NCBI GenBank assembly: GCA_951406725.2
Contig: OX597816.1
Coordinates: forward strand, 173,352,001-173,416,000
Length of the DNA stretch: 64,000 nt
Direction: 5' to 3'
Source of the DNA: Octopus vulgaris
Taxonomy: Eukaryota
A program made the translations under genes and the position numbers. Position 1 is the stretch's first letter. Every line of letters starts with the position of its first letter. Below the pieces are notes generated by a model. It made no database searches. It had not been told where the DNA came from and was given only the letters and a program-made list of their open reading frames with translations. Positions 27,188 through 40,282 of the stretch are shown here, piece by piece.

Positions 27188-27548
27188 ACAAGCACTATGG
27201 CCCGGCATTGCCGGGTCATAGTGCTAGTGCATGCATATACAGCTGCGTGCGTGCACACATACATGCGAGTACTGTCTAAATCTCTGACCAATCACATACA
27301 GCTAGCTGGCATTCAATTGGCGTATTAGGTTTCAGGCATTTTGATTGGGTTTTGGATAGAAAATTCACAAAAAAGTCACTTCTATTGATCTTTTAATGGC
27401 TTTGCGGGGTGACTGGGGAAATGTAAAGATGTGCACAACCACCCTTGGACAGTTTTGAATGACCATAGAAAGTGCGAGCCTTCTAACTGAAAAATTGTGG
27501 ATTTGTATAAAGTACACACAAATTTTGCTGTTTATATATATAGAGAGA
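27188..27548 (-). mobile_element. Short non-autonomous Helitron with extended terminal hairpin
   Basis: 5' TCTCTCTATATATATAAA at 27548; 19-bp-arm hairpin 27188-27228 with CCCGGC-ATT-GCCGGG core. Confidence 0.55.
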
Positions 27549-27549
27549 T

Positions 27550-28798
27550 AGGCGCAGGAGTGGGTGTGTGGTAAGTAGCTTCCTTACCAACCACATGGTT
27601 CTGGGTTCATTCCCACTGTGTGGAAACTTGGGCAAGTGTCTTCTACTATAGCCTCGGGCCGACCAAAGCCTTGTGAGTGTATTTGATAGACGGATATATA
27701 TATATATATACTAGCAGTATCGCCCGGCATTGCTCGGGTTTGTTTCGACCCGCTGGAATTGTAATTTTGAAAAGTAAAAATTTTGTGAACATTTTTCTGG
27801 TCGAAATACACCGAAAAGTGGCGACACAGCAGTGAAAAAATCGTAAAAAATAGGGATTTTCATAGAAAAAAGCATCTTTTTGATGTAAATAATTTTTGGT
27901 GTTAACATGGTCCGATTTGAATTTTATGTTCTATGGAAGGAAGAGCAACCCTTCTTCTACCATACTCTCAATTTTGGTCAACTTGCGCCGCAGGGTCTCG
28001 GAGGAGATAGTGTTAGTTGAAGGTTACCATTCTAGGTGCCTGAGTAACAACCTCGCGGATTTACAGATAAATGAATTAATTACTATTTTACAGAATAAAA
28101 TTAAATAATTCTTGAAAATTAATTAATATTAATATTTTTTGAACAAAGTAAATAATTTTTAAAACTTAAATAATAATTTTTTTTACACAAACGCGAACGG
28201 GGAAAAGGGGGTGGCGAATTCGATTTACATACCTAAATTTTTTCTTTTTCATGACATTGTAGCAAAATAGTAGTGAATTATATAAATACCAGCAGTACAT
28301 TTTTTTTTCTGGGGTATTTTTTTTCAACCTCATCACATATTTGCCCCTTTCAATTTAAACAAAGTCTTAATTAAGCAATTACGGCAGCTTAGCAATAGTT
28401 TCAATACAGGCGTGACATGTGTATCTCAATTGTTCAAAACCCTTCGAATTTTTTCGCACGTGATGATATCATAGTGAAAACTTTCAATTACGCGTGCTTA
28501 GAAGTACGCTCGCAAATTAATACGACCAAAATTTTGAAGTTCGCGCTCCGCTTGTGTGTGTGTGTGTGTGCGTGCTTTAGGTGTACGTAGGTATGTGTTT
28601 TTGTGTGTGTGTGTCACTGAAGCCATACATACATATATACATACATAACCTCTCTCTCTCTTTTCTCTCTCAGTCACTCACTACAAAAAGTGAATAAAAA
28701 AGTTCAGTTATTTCTGTCTTTCACTCTGTCTGTCTCTTTACACACACTAACAAAAGCACTTCACTTACACACCACACTTTCTGTGTCGCACAACCCAT

Positions 28799-28837
<39 letters not shown>

Positions 28838-29389
28838 GCACGCACACATGTACATCAATGCTTTCGGAGTGAAATGTTAAAATATTGAGTTTTCTCGAAT
28901 TTTGTCTTAATTGGGGGTGAAATTGAAAGAAATATATTATGGCATGAGCGAATGGAGTACTTTGAAAAATCTTAGGTAAACTCTAATTGAAGAAATTGTG
29001 TGAGGAGTAAATCGTTATGTATTTATTTGTTTCTGTTTGCTGTGTTTTTTTATTTTTTGAGTAGTGGTTTAAATACTTTCAGTTTAGTCTTCCTCAAATC
29101 ACTCTGTCGCTATTTATTTTCATTTTATTCGTTGCACACTGTGTGTGTGCGTGTGCGTGTGGTGTAAACCACATTAAGAAAAGCATTTGACATACACACC
29201 AGAATGTGAGTTTTCTGTAAATTTTGCTTAATTGGAGTTTAAATTTTAAAAACTGGACCTGGCATGACCCGATGCATTCTACTCTTAAAAATGCTAGGTA
29301 AATTGTAATTGAAGAAATCCTATATTGTAGATTTCTATAAGTTACAAAGGGAGGCAGATAAAATCTGCCTTTTATAATAAGAGATATAC

Positions 29390-29444
<55 letters not shown>

Positions 29445-29680
29445 TGTGTATGTATATGTTTGTGTGTCTGTGTTTGTCCCCCCCCCCCCCAACATCGCTT
29501 GACAACCAATGGTGGTGTGTTTACCTCCCCATAACTTAGCGCTTCAGCAAAAGAGACCGATAGTATAAGTACTAGGCTTACAAAGAATAAGTCCTGGTGT
29601 CGATTTGCTTGACTAAAGGTGGTGCTCCAGCATGGCCGCAGTCAAATGACTGAAACAAGTAAAAGAGAATAAAAGAGAAT
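27550..29680 (+). mobile_element. SINE family A split by a Helitron (27550-27694 and ~29445-29680)
   Basis: 5' and 3' halves are colinear on either side of the insertion in the SINE (TA)n tract. Confidence 0.8.
27711..29384 (-). mobile_element. Non-autonomous Helitron, 1.67 kb
   Basis: A|TC 5' end at 29384; 3' hairpin CCCGAGCAATGCCGGG then CTAG|T at 27711; no TSD. Confidence 0.8.
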
Positions 29681-29696
29681 ATATATATATAAATAT

Positions 29697-30445
29697 AATT
29701 TAAAAATAGGATAAAATCTCTATAAGAATTTATCAAGTAGTCAGCATGAAAAACCTCATAGGAGAAAAAATCCACCAATTTTTTCACTTAAATATATTTA
29801 TATTATATTATATAGGGGGCATTACTACACATAAATGCCACACGCTAGGAGGGACTCTTAAAGTTAAAACTACTAAAATAAATAAACACATCGTACTGAA
29901 TGCAACTCTCAAAGCAAGTCATTTAAAAACAGAATTTAGCTGCAGATCACTGTGATTTCATGATCTGTGCAGTGGTGCACTCTTTACTCATCAGCGCAAG
30001 CATAATTCAAGATTTATAATGAATGAACAAAATCAACATACCAGATGAACAACCATCGTATCCAACGTAGTATATAGAAATGTTCACCCCTTATACATCT
30101 ATGTAAATGGCGGGCTTTTTGAATTGCATTTCGGTAACAACGTGCTTATTTGGAACAAAAATTCAGTACTGAATATTCTCCGGTTAAATTTACAATTTAA
30201 AAATAGGATAAAATCTTTATAAGAATTTATCACGTAGTCAGCATGAAAAACCTCATAAGAGAAAAAATACACCAATTTTTTCACTTAAATGTATTTATTT
30301 ATATTATACAGAGGGCATTACTACACATAAATGCTTAAGTTGCATTCGGGACATTGTTTATTTATTTTAGTAGTTTTGACTTTAAGAGTCCCTTCTAGCG
30401 TGTGGCATTTATGTGTAGTAATGCCCTCTATATAATATAAATATA
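29697..30445 (-). mobile_element. Non-autonomous Penelope-like element (partial tandem plus inverted arm)
   Basis: Direct repeat 29697-29838 / 30194-30334, inverted repeat 29796-29907 / 30338-30445, internal hammerhead, (TA)n on both sides. Confidence 0.7.
29939..30001 (-). ncRNA. Type-I hammerhead ribozyme motif
   Basis: gcttgcg-CTGATGA-g..GTGCA-ccac-TGCAC..t-GAAA-TCAC-A-GTGA-TC-tgcagc. Core intact, near-palindromic stem III, AUC cleavage triplet. Confidence 0.7.
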
Positions 30446-30453
30446 TATATATA

Positions 30454-30680
30454 TATTTCTTTACTACCCACAAGGGGCTAAACATAGAGGGGACAAACAA
30501 GGACAGACAAAGGGATTGAGTCGATTACATCGACCCAGTGCGTAACTGGTACTTTATTTATTGACCCTGAGAGGATGAAAGGCAAAGTCGACCTCGGCGG
30601 AATTTGAACTCACAATGTAACGACAGACGAAATACAGCAACGCATTTCGCCCGGCACGCTAACGTTTCTGCCAGCTCACC
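30454..30680 (-). mobile_element. SINE family C
   Basis: Family match. Confidence 0.9.
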
Positions 30681-31478
30681 ATATATATATATGGTGGGCT
30701 TCTTTTTTTTTCAGGGCTTTACTCCAAAATGGAAGCGTATATCGATTTTTCCATGTGATGGGCTTAAATAGTTGTGATTTTTGTTAACATGAAACCAATG
30801 GTAGCCTTAATACACAAAAAATCTTTATCCACCAGTGCAGTATCGAGCATTCATTCTCATTGTTCGATATTTATGTATAAGCATGTATGTATGTATGTCA
30901 CTCACTTGCTGGTAACCGATCCTGTACAGTCATTTCACATGCTAGAAATAGCAGGGTTCATATGGGTATGTTGTAAGGCCTACAGCATATCAAAAACAGT
31001 TGTGTCAACCAATTCATCTCTGATTTTTTTTTCTTTCAAATTATGCCCATATGTTTATGTTTTACTTATTTCAGTCACTGGACTGTGACCATGCTGGGGC
31101 ACCACCTTTTAGCTGAACAAATCAACCTCAGTACTTATTTTTTTAAAAGACTGGCACTTATTCCATCATTTACTTTATACTAAACTACAAAAGTATTGGA
31201 GACATAAACTAACACCAGTTGTCAAATAGTGGTGGCAGACAAACACACACACATACTGTTATACGAGGGGATGGTCATATTTTGCCACAGCTTTAATATT
31301 ATTATTTTTGTTTCTTTACCAAAGCTCTTTCATCGCAGAGCCTGTGCCCTTTTCAACGACTCTTTATCCCATCTTCTTTTGCTTTATCCATCCATGAAAG
31401 AGAATTAACAAAGAAACAATAACAACAAAGCTGAACTAAAGACCAAGCATTAAGTGCTTGTGTTTAATCAACAAAATA

Positions 31479-31863
31479 TAAGTAGCTTGTTTACCAACCA
31501 CATGGTTCCGGGTTCAATCCCACTGCATGGCACCTTGGGCAAGTGTCTTCTACTATAGCCTTGGGCTGACCAAAGCCTTGTGAGTGGATTTGGTAGACGG
31601 AAACTGAAAAGAAGCCCATCGTATATATGTATATATATATGTGTGTGTGTGTGTTTGTGTGTCTGTGTTTGTCCCCCTAGCATTGCTTGACACCCGATGC
31701 TGGTGTGTTTATATCCCCGTTACTTAGCGGTTCGGCAAAAAGAGACCGATAGAATAAGTACTGGGCTTACATAGAATAAGTCCCGGGGTCGAGTTGCTCG
31801 ATTAAAGGCGGTGCTCCAGCATGGCCACAGTCAAATGACTGAAACAAGTAAAAGAGTAAAGAG
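31479..31863 (+). mobile_element. SINE family A, slightly 5' truncated
   Basis: Family match. Confidence 0.9.
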
Positions 31864-31957
31864 TATATAGGGAGAATTCACAAAAAAACAAAAGACGAAG
31901 ACAGGTCGTGTAGACAACAAATAGATGTATTAGTATAATGCTCGGGAAGTGAAAAAG

Positions 31958-31995
31958 TCTTTCACGTTTCAAGCCTATGCTCTTCCACAGAAAGA
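31958..31995 (-). ncRNA. Degenerate ultra-minimal hammerhead motif
   Basis: tcttt-CTGTGGA-aGAGC-atag-GCTT-GAAAC-GT-G-aaaga. Stems I and II pair, but A6 and the H position are non-canonical. Confidence 0.5.
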
Positions 31996-32048
31996 CACAA
32001 GGAGAGAAAATACAGAATGTGTAGTGGCTAGCAATCTATCATGGCAAA

Positions 32049-32114
<66 letters not shown>

Positions 32115-32902
32115 ATCATAATTTAACATCCATTTATCGATTGGGCTGAGCACTTTTTACATGGTACCAGCACCAGTGCAGTCTGTTTTTTGGCATCGCT
32201 TTTACGACTGGATGCCCTTCCTAATGCCAACCACTTTACAATGTGGATTGGATGCTTTTTATGTGACACCAGCACTGGCAGAGTCACCAAGTAACTTGCA
32301 AGACAGATTCTTTGAGAGGAAGAGAACACTGGAGAAGGTTTTGTGCCCAGTGATGAGAGAGGGACAGAAACAGGTGTCTTGCCGTAGAGGAGATGCATGG
32401 TTACCTCAGAGAAAGAGAGAGATCGATCAAGAATGAGAGAGGCATATTCTCAAAGTACGGGGATGAGAATACAAATTGGATGTTAGAGCATTGGTCAGGG
32501 TACACGAGTAGGGAGTTCACGTGAATGCAAAGAGAAGGGAAAGGGAAGAATGCCATGACTGGTGAAAGCTGGGTATATGGAAAAGGAACGTGGGTGGAAT
32601 ACACAACACTTCCAGTACTCAGTTTCGCTGTGTTGGGTGCGTCTTTTCAAGAACCTCATATTGCCAGACATCTCAGTCCATTGTCATCCTCTCTGTGAGG
32701 CCCAACATCCTGAGATCGGTCCTCATTACTTCATCCCATATCTTCCTGGGTCTTCCTCTTTCACAGCTGCCATCTACTTTAAGCAATCTTGCTGTATCCA
32801 TCCATTAGACACTGCATTAATATTTCATCAAAGATTTCCCCTCCAGAACCCCTCTTAATCATCCCTGATTTTTTCTTTCTCTCAACCATTTCTTTACTGG
32901 GA

Positions 32903-33287
32903 TGGAAGCACTCCGTCGGTTACGACGACGAGGGTTCCGGTTGATCCGAATCAACAGAACAGCCTGCTCGTGAAATTAACGTGTAAGTGGCTGAGCACTC
33001 CACAGACACGTGTACCCTTAACGTAGTTCTCGGGGATATTCAGCGTGACACAGAGAGTGACAAGGCCGGCCCCTTGAAATACAGGTACAACAGAAACAGG
33101 AAGTAAGAGTGAGAGAAAGTTGTGGTGAAAGAGTACAGCAGGGATCACCACCATCCCTGCCGGAGCCTCGTGGAGCTTCTAGGTGTTTTCGCTCAATAAA
33201 CACTCACAACGCCCGGTCTGGGAATCGAAACCGCGATCCTATGACCGCGAGTCCGCTGCCCTAACCACTGGGCTATTGCGCCTCCAC
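32903..33287 (-). mobile_element. tRNA-derived SINE family B
   Basis: Head GGAGGCGCAATRGCCCAGTGG..GTTTCGATTCC; flanked by ATTTCTTTACT repeats; four copies in window. Confidence 0.92.
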
Positions 33288-33491
33288 TATTTCTTTACTA
33301 CATAACCCCCCCCCCCCCAATCATACAGGCCGTTAAAAAAAAAAAGATCACGTCACTTTCCTTTTAAAAATTATAGAAAAATAATTACATGCTTACTAAC
33401 ACGCTCGCTCTTTATTAGATTCATTGACAATTATTTACACGCATTAAATCCTTCGTCATTCCGTCAATATTTTATTCTGAATACGTTTACT

Positions 33492-33506
33492 GTTACCCTT
33501 AGCAAC
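33492..33506. promoter_or_regulatory. RFX X-box motif in candidate TTC16 promoter
   Basis: GTTACC-CTT-AGCAAC fits GTNRCC-N(0-3)-RGYAAC. It lies in a repeat-poor, relatively CpG-rich stretch about 6.8 kb upstream of the first coding exon. Confidence 0.5.
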
Positions 33507-34430
33507 ACAACAATCATGGCGTTTTGAAATTTTCGTTAGTGTCCTATGAATACAAATAGGATGTAGTTTAAATATCCACCGCTGTTGCTCGTCCTTTCAC
33601 TGTTTTATGTCCTTATACCGAAGCCTCAGACTGAATTATTAACCGCGTGTGGTGAGACATCACAAACTTTGCTTTCTCTCAGACAGTTTACGTTTCTTAA
33701 AGTTTGTTACGGAAAGGTCCTGGGTTCCAATCTGAGTCTGGACAATGTAATAGGAGGAGTTGATGTTGGAATTTATAGAGTAATCTCCGTGTGTGTGTGT
33801 GTGTGTGTGGTGTGAGTGTGTGTGTGTCTGTGTCTATGAGTGTGTGTGCGTGTGTGTGTGTGCGTTCGCGCGCACGCAAAGTGAATTGTATGTGTCTTCG
33901 TGCTTTGGGGTACTACACAATATTTAGTGAATGTAAACTTTCAAGCAGAAGAATAAATTATTTCTCTATATTCATGTCTCTATATTCATGTCGTCGTTAT
34001 CATATGGGTAACGCTATCCTTTGTGAGTGAGTCTGTGATTGAAGAAACACAATTGACTAAGTTCTTCAAGGAAATAATGCAAAGTGCAACGTTTCTCTTC
34101 TTTTAAAGTTCTCCTCCAGAGCAGGAACCCGTTCAGAACGTTTCTCCTTATTTTCTTTCACCCTAGAATAAATATGTACTTCTTCAATTGTTATTTCTAA
34201 TTCCAAAACTTGCCGACAAAGAATTACCAGTTCTAGTGATTATTAACATTTATCGATTACTGAGATCGATTTAATCGACTAGTATTATCTCATTAATTTG
34301 TCAACTAAATCAATTTTCAAAGGGTAGTGGATTGCCAGAATCGTTGAATATTTAGTTAAGGCTATTTCTGTTCGGAGTTCAAATCCCATCGAGAACACCT
34401 TTCCTGTTCGTTCTTCCTGTATCGATAAAA

Positions 34431-34826
34431 TCTGTATATATAAAAGTAAAGTTGTGTGTCTGTCTCCTCCGATTTAGATTCCTAACTACTCCCACATTTT
34501 GCGGTGCAGTTTAACCAAAACCGGGTATCTTATAGTCGTGATTCATATCGAGCCCTTCTGGGTATTAGAGCGCGTCTACGATGAGTCTATGATTTTTAAA
34601 AAATTTACCATCATTTTTTCTCATTTTAATGCATTTTTTCGCTATTATATAAGGGAAGTAATTCTCTAAATATGTCTACGGTGAGTCAACGATTTAAAAA
34701 AAAATTACCATCATTTTTTTTCCCTTTTTAGTGCATTTTTTTGCTATATTTTGGCTATAACTCTCTAAAAATGCTTATATAGTTATTTCCCTTACAAACC
34801 CGAGCAACGCCGGGCGATACTGCTAG
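34431..34826 (+). mobile_element. Short non-autonomous Helitron
   Basis: A|TC...CCCGAGCAACGCCGGG..CTAG|T. Confidence 0.88.
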
Positions 34827-35498
34827 TTATACATATTCCAAATAAGGTTTTAAAAAAAACATGCTTAATAAATGAAACAGCAAGAAATACAAAAATATTT
34901 AAAAATGAAAATAAACTCCTTAACAAACAACTTACGTTGGTTCGAATAATGTCACACATTATCTCAATTCTTGATCGGGCTTTTTATACAGATTCTTGTT
35001 GAAGAAATACTCTTCATAAACAGAATGGAAAATTATTACTGTATTTATAGCCCAAGGGAGACATGCTTTGGGCGAATTGATAAGGCATCTGCCCACCGAC
35101 TGAGAGTTTAACAATTCATTTAGACATCTGCAGCGTCTTATCCCATTAAATTAGATGTTACAGGTTACACAAGTCCATTTAGCTGCACCTTGGTGTCATG
35201 CTGAAAAAAAAAGAAGAAATAGCAACTAGTAAATGCAAAACGATTAATAGTCGATCCAATCGAAATAGCACGGAAGACGCTCGAACAATTCGATGGTTTA
35301 AATATTTGGAAAGAATAATAACAGAAGAGGGGAGATCCCAGAAACACTTAAAATGTTGAATTATAGCATCTACAGCGGATTTAGTTCGGGGAACTAAAAA
35401 GATTACAATAGCAAGAGGAAATTGCTTTTTGCTTTAAGCTCAACAGTAATTTCATCTGCACTTTATTGGTACAACTCATAAATGATGGATGCTAAAAA

Positions 35499-35895
35499 TC
35501 TTTATATATAAAACTAAAGTTGTGTGTCTGTCTCCTACGATTTAGATTCCTAACTACTCCCACATTTTGCGGTGCAGTTTAACCAAAACCGGGTATCTTA
35601 TAGTCGTGATTCATATCGAGCCCTTCTGGGTATTAGCGCGCGTCTACGATGAGTCTACGATTTAAAAAAAAAATTACCATTATTTTTTCCATTTTAATGC
35701 ATTTTTTCGCTATTATATAAGGGAAGTAACTCTCTAAAAATGTCTACGATGAGTCAACGATTTTAAAAAAAGTTTACCATCATTTTTTTTCCATTTTTAA
35801 TGCATTTTTTTGCTGTATTTTGGCTATAACTCTCTAAAAATGCTTATATAGTTATTTCCCTTACAAACCCGAGCAACGCCGGGCGATACTGCTAG
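35499..35895 (+). mobile_element. Short non-autonomous Helitron
   Basis: Near-identical to the 34431 copy. Confidence 0.88.
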
Positions 35896-36542
35896 TAGGA
35901 AATAAAGTACTATAAAAAGATGTTCTGTGTTCAATTTCAAGAACATCAGGCTAATGAGAGCGTTAAGAAAGAAACTGAAATGGTTTTGCTCTGTGAAACT
36001 CTTTCTGTCAGTAGTGAAAAGGTTGAAAATGAAATGGTTTGGTCTAACACGACGACACCAGGAGAATCTATGTGCAATGAATATGATTCCTCGCAGGGTG
36101 AGGAGGTGAGGGAGAAACCTAAACAAGGAGCAGCAAGGCCACGAAGTGAGTAGTTAAGCTACATCAAAAAGGCAAACGAACGGAAATGTTTGAAATCATG
36201 TAATTGACTGGTGACCAGAAAAGATGAAGAGAGAAATTGCATATTTTTCTGTGTACCTACACCATCTCAGTTATGAAATTTCATAAAGGGATACAGCTTA
36301 TTACTTTAAAGAACAATAAAAACCTGAATAATTGATTGATTCTTAATTTGTTTCACTAATTTAGCTTAAAATGCAGTCATGTGTTGATTTGGAGACGCTT
36401 ATGTAGTCTCCACATCGTTTTCTCTTGAACCAAAAGAATGACAAAACAAATAGCCTCTTCTAACAGCTAGTCCTCCCAAACTTTAACCATTCTACTACTT
36501 CGTCTACTGACTCGAAACAAATTCTTAAATCATGAACTAGTT

Positions 36543-36933
36543 AGGCGCAGGAGTGGCTGTGTGGTAAGTAGCTTGCTAACCAACCACATGGTTCCGGGTT
36601 CAGTCCCACTGCGTGGCATCTTGGGCAAGTGTCTTCTGCTATAGCCCCGGGCCGACCAATGCCTTGTGAGTGGATTTGGTAGACGGAAACTGAAAGAAGC
36701 CTGTCGTATATATATATATATGTGTGTGTTTGTGTGTCTGTGTTTGTCCCCCTAGCATTGCTTGACAACCAATGCTGGTGTGTTTATGTCCCCGGCACTT
36801 AGCGGTTCGGCAAAATAGAGACCGATAGAATAAGTACTGGGCTTACAAAGAATAAGTCCCGGGGTCGATTTGCTCGACTAAAGGCGGTGCTCCAGCATGG
36901 CCGCAGTCAAATGACTGAAACAAGTAAGAGAGT
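36543..36933 (+). mobile_element. SINE family A, full length
   Basis: Family match. Confidence 0.92.
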
Positions 36934-37699
36934 AGTTACTTTTAAACTGTTCACTATATTTTCCCCCCTTTTTTTTTTAAGACACACCTTCTCAGCTCCA
37001 GCCCTACATAACTACATGCTGCAAATAAATACAAAATAAAAAGGCGAAGAGGAGCACAAACAGTTAGGGAACCACTAGATGGTTGTTCAACCTACTTAAG
37101 ATAACAGCCAAAATTTCCTCAAAACTACCTATCAACTTTTAAAAAGACTCACTGGATAATCGAGTCCCAGGTGCACAGTACTTGGATGCAAACAGGACTG
37201 TCACGACTGGGATAACTTTCGATATTTCTGCATGATCAGGGCCTACGTGGGGCTTAAAAGTTGCATCTCTCAAACTCACTACATCCAACAAGCCACACCA
37301 AAGGACACTAACTAAATAAAGGTCAAACATCGTACAAACGTCAAAAATGTTGCGAATCAACGGAGGAGCCTTTACATCGTTAACCTGTTGAAAATAACAG
37401 CCAAAATCTCTCCCAAATTCTATATTACCATCTTTAAAAAGAAAGGCACATTAAAAAATGTAGTCCTGGATGTCATGCAGTATGATAACGGCTGGAATAT
37501 CATTAACTACAGGTTTGCTAAATCAGTGCATAATAAGAGAGCAACCGTTAGGGCCTGAATGAGTTTCCTTTGCCTATTTTTGCTGCAGTCTCCACCACAA
37601 CCCAGAGGATCAGGAATAAACGCTAAGTGGTCGGATTTTCTTACTGCAGTATATGTACTCCGTGGTGAAGTACACTGTTTGGCTCCCAATATCAATATA

Positions 37700-37929
37700 T
37701 ATTTCTTTACTACCCACAAGGGGCTAAACATAGAGGAGACAAACAAGGACAGACAAACGGATGAAGTCGATTACATCAACCCAGTGCGAAACTGGTACTT
37801 AATTTATCGACCCCGAGAGGATGAAAGGCAAAGTCGACCTCGGCGGAATTTGAACTTTGAACGTAGCAACAGACGAAATACGGATACGCATTTCGTCCGG
37901 CGCGCTAACGTTTCTGCCAGCTCGCCGCC
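37700..37929 (-). mobile_element. SINE family C
   Basis: Family match. Confidence 0.9.
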
Positions 37930-38730
37930 TTATGAAGTGCTGGACCTGTGATACCTATTTATAGATGCTTTGTACGACAAACTACTGATGGAGCTGCTGA
38001 GGACTTTGTTGTTGAAGGGAGATAATTAAAGACTATTAAAAGTTGCTTCCCCTAAAAGAAGGATTTTTTGGTTTTTGTTTTTTATTCGGTATTCTAAAAA
38101 TTCTACACCCATTTAGATTTAAAATAATAAAAAGATGGTATATTTTTGACACCTAATACCTTACCTTATCAACACCATCTTATGTTATTGAACACAAAAT
38201 TGGTGATCCTATCAGTTATATATTATTAACCTGTCCACTTCTAAAATCAGAAGCAAACTCTAAGACGAATTGGGTTAAAAACTGTGTGCATCATCCATTC
38301 CCTTTCTTTTGACCAGTATATTTTCTTCTTCCCCGAAATATCCAACGATATTAAAAAAAAAAAAAATTTTTTTTAAACAGTCTGGAGGCTAGACTATTGA
38401 TAATATTTCCATTATTTCACACAACTGAATACTCATATTTCTGCATTGAACAGAACGTACAAGATTTAACATTTCTCTTTATAGAGTAGTGAGGTTTATA
38501 GAGAGTTCTGAAGTTTATAAAATCTATACCAGTATTATACTGTGTCAAAGTGGACAGATGATAAACAGTGACTGGAGAAAAAAGAAGCCAGGTACACCTA
38601 GTACATGAAAAGTTAATTGTAAAGTGGGTGTTGACATACATGTTGTACTGGACCCTAAAATTGCAATTGATTAAAATACATTTTTAGTAAGAAGAGCAAT
38701 TCATTGTCTCAATGATTAATTCTAGTCCAG

Positions 38731-39131
38731 AGGCGCAGGAGTGACTGTGTGGTAAGTAGCTTGCTAACCAGGCACGTGGTTCCGGGTTCAGTCCCACTGC
38801 GTGGCATCTTGGGCAAGTGTCTTCTGCTATAGCCCCGGGCCGACCAATGCCTTGTGAGTGGATTTGGTAGACAGAAACTGAAAGAAGCCTGTTGTATATA
38901 TGTATATATATATGTATTTGTTTGTGTGTGTGTGTTTGTCCCCCTAGCATTGCTTGACAACCGATGCTGGTGTGTTTACGTCCCCGTCACTTAGTAGTTC
39001 GGCAAAAGAGACCGATAGAATAAGTACTGGGCTTACAAAGAATAAGTCCCAGGGTCGATTTGCTCGACTAAAGGCGGTGCTCCAGCACGGCCGCAGTCAA
39101 ATGACTGAAACATGTAAAAGAGTAAAAGAGT
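38731..39131 (+). mobile_element. SINE family A, full length
   Basis: Family match. Confidence 0.92.
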
Positions 39132-39457
39132 ATGGATGTGAGAGACAACCCCAGAAACAACTTTATTACACCACTTCAACAGATGATTTTTCAATTATAA
39201 AAGAGTAGTGGATGTCAAAGATGGATGAAATGCTTTGTAGCATTCAGTGATGTTACATTCTGAGATCAAATTCCACCAAGACTAACTGTGCTTTTCATTT
39301 TCTGAGGTTTACAAAATAATAAGTACCAATAACATACCTGGTAGTGAATCTGTTGACTATCCCCATCACCATGCTTTCATCCCTAATTCATAATTATGAA
39401 ATCATTATTTGTGTTTATAAATTCTAAATAGTCAAACACTAGAATGAATATATTTAA

Positions 39458-39678
39458 CCCTTTAGTGTTCAGATTACTCTGTTAAATGTAATATTTTTTT
39501 TACTTAAATTATTTTTAATTAATCATACATTATCTTATAGCTTTGAGGTTTCAATAACGTGATTGTTCATTTTTAGAATGTCAATGTAGATTAGGTGTGA
39601 GAGCCCTGATCTGGTCAGTTTAAACATAAAATTGGTAGAAAACTTCGGCCGGATATGGCCAGTTTAAACACTAAAGGG
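39458..39678. mobile_element. piggyBac-type MITE (second family)
   Basis: TTAA flanks; TIR CCCTTTAGTGTT / AACACTAAAGGG. Confidence 0.8.
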
Positions 39679-40282
39679 TTAAATAATGACATGAATCATA
39701 TTTAATATGGGGGTAAACCACTTTAAATATAGTGTATCTCATACAATTCTCTTCAATAGAACCAAACATTGCAACTTTGTGCCTGAACTATTCAAGTGCT
39801 TTATATTACATACTTATATGTATAAAATGTTATAGATATTATAACAAGTAGAAAGGCTGAGTAGATTTTTCAGTTATTGACTCTGATGTTATCTGAATAT
39901 CATTTCTGAGGTGCTACATCTATAGGCTGCACATACAGATTTTGTTAGATATCTCCATGCCATCTCTGAAAAACAACAGCATCAACAAATATTTGATGGA
40001 GTGCCAGAATAGCAGACAAAATGCTTTGTAGTATTTGGTCATGGTTCAAATCACAGTGGGGTTAATTTTGCCCTTTATCTTTCTGAAATTGATCAAATAA
40101 ATACAAATCAAAAATTGTAATCAATTTGACTATTATAGCTTTAGTATTTCAATTGAAAATGAGAAACTGGAATTTTTATGTCCTTTCCAAAAAATTACTT
40201 CGTGTTTTTAAGTGAAGTTGGTGTGTTATTCTAAAAACATTTAATTACTTCTTTTTTCAGACAAACTGGTCTATTAAGTAAA

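Noticed and set aside
35920-36153. 77-aa acidic ORF as a TTC16 exon
   Set aside because: Another frame shows decayed RTE-type KR.K.KWFG motifs, and there is no good acceptor.
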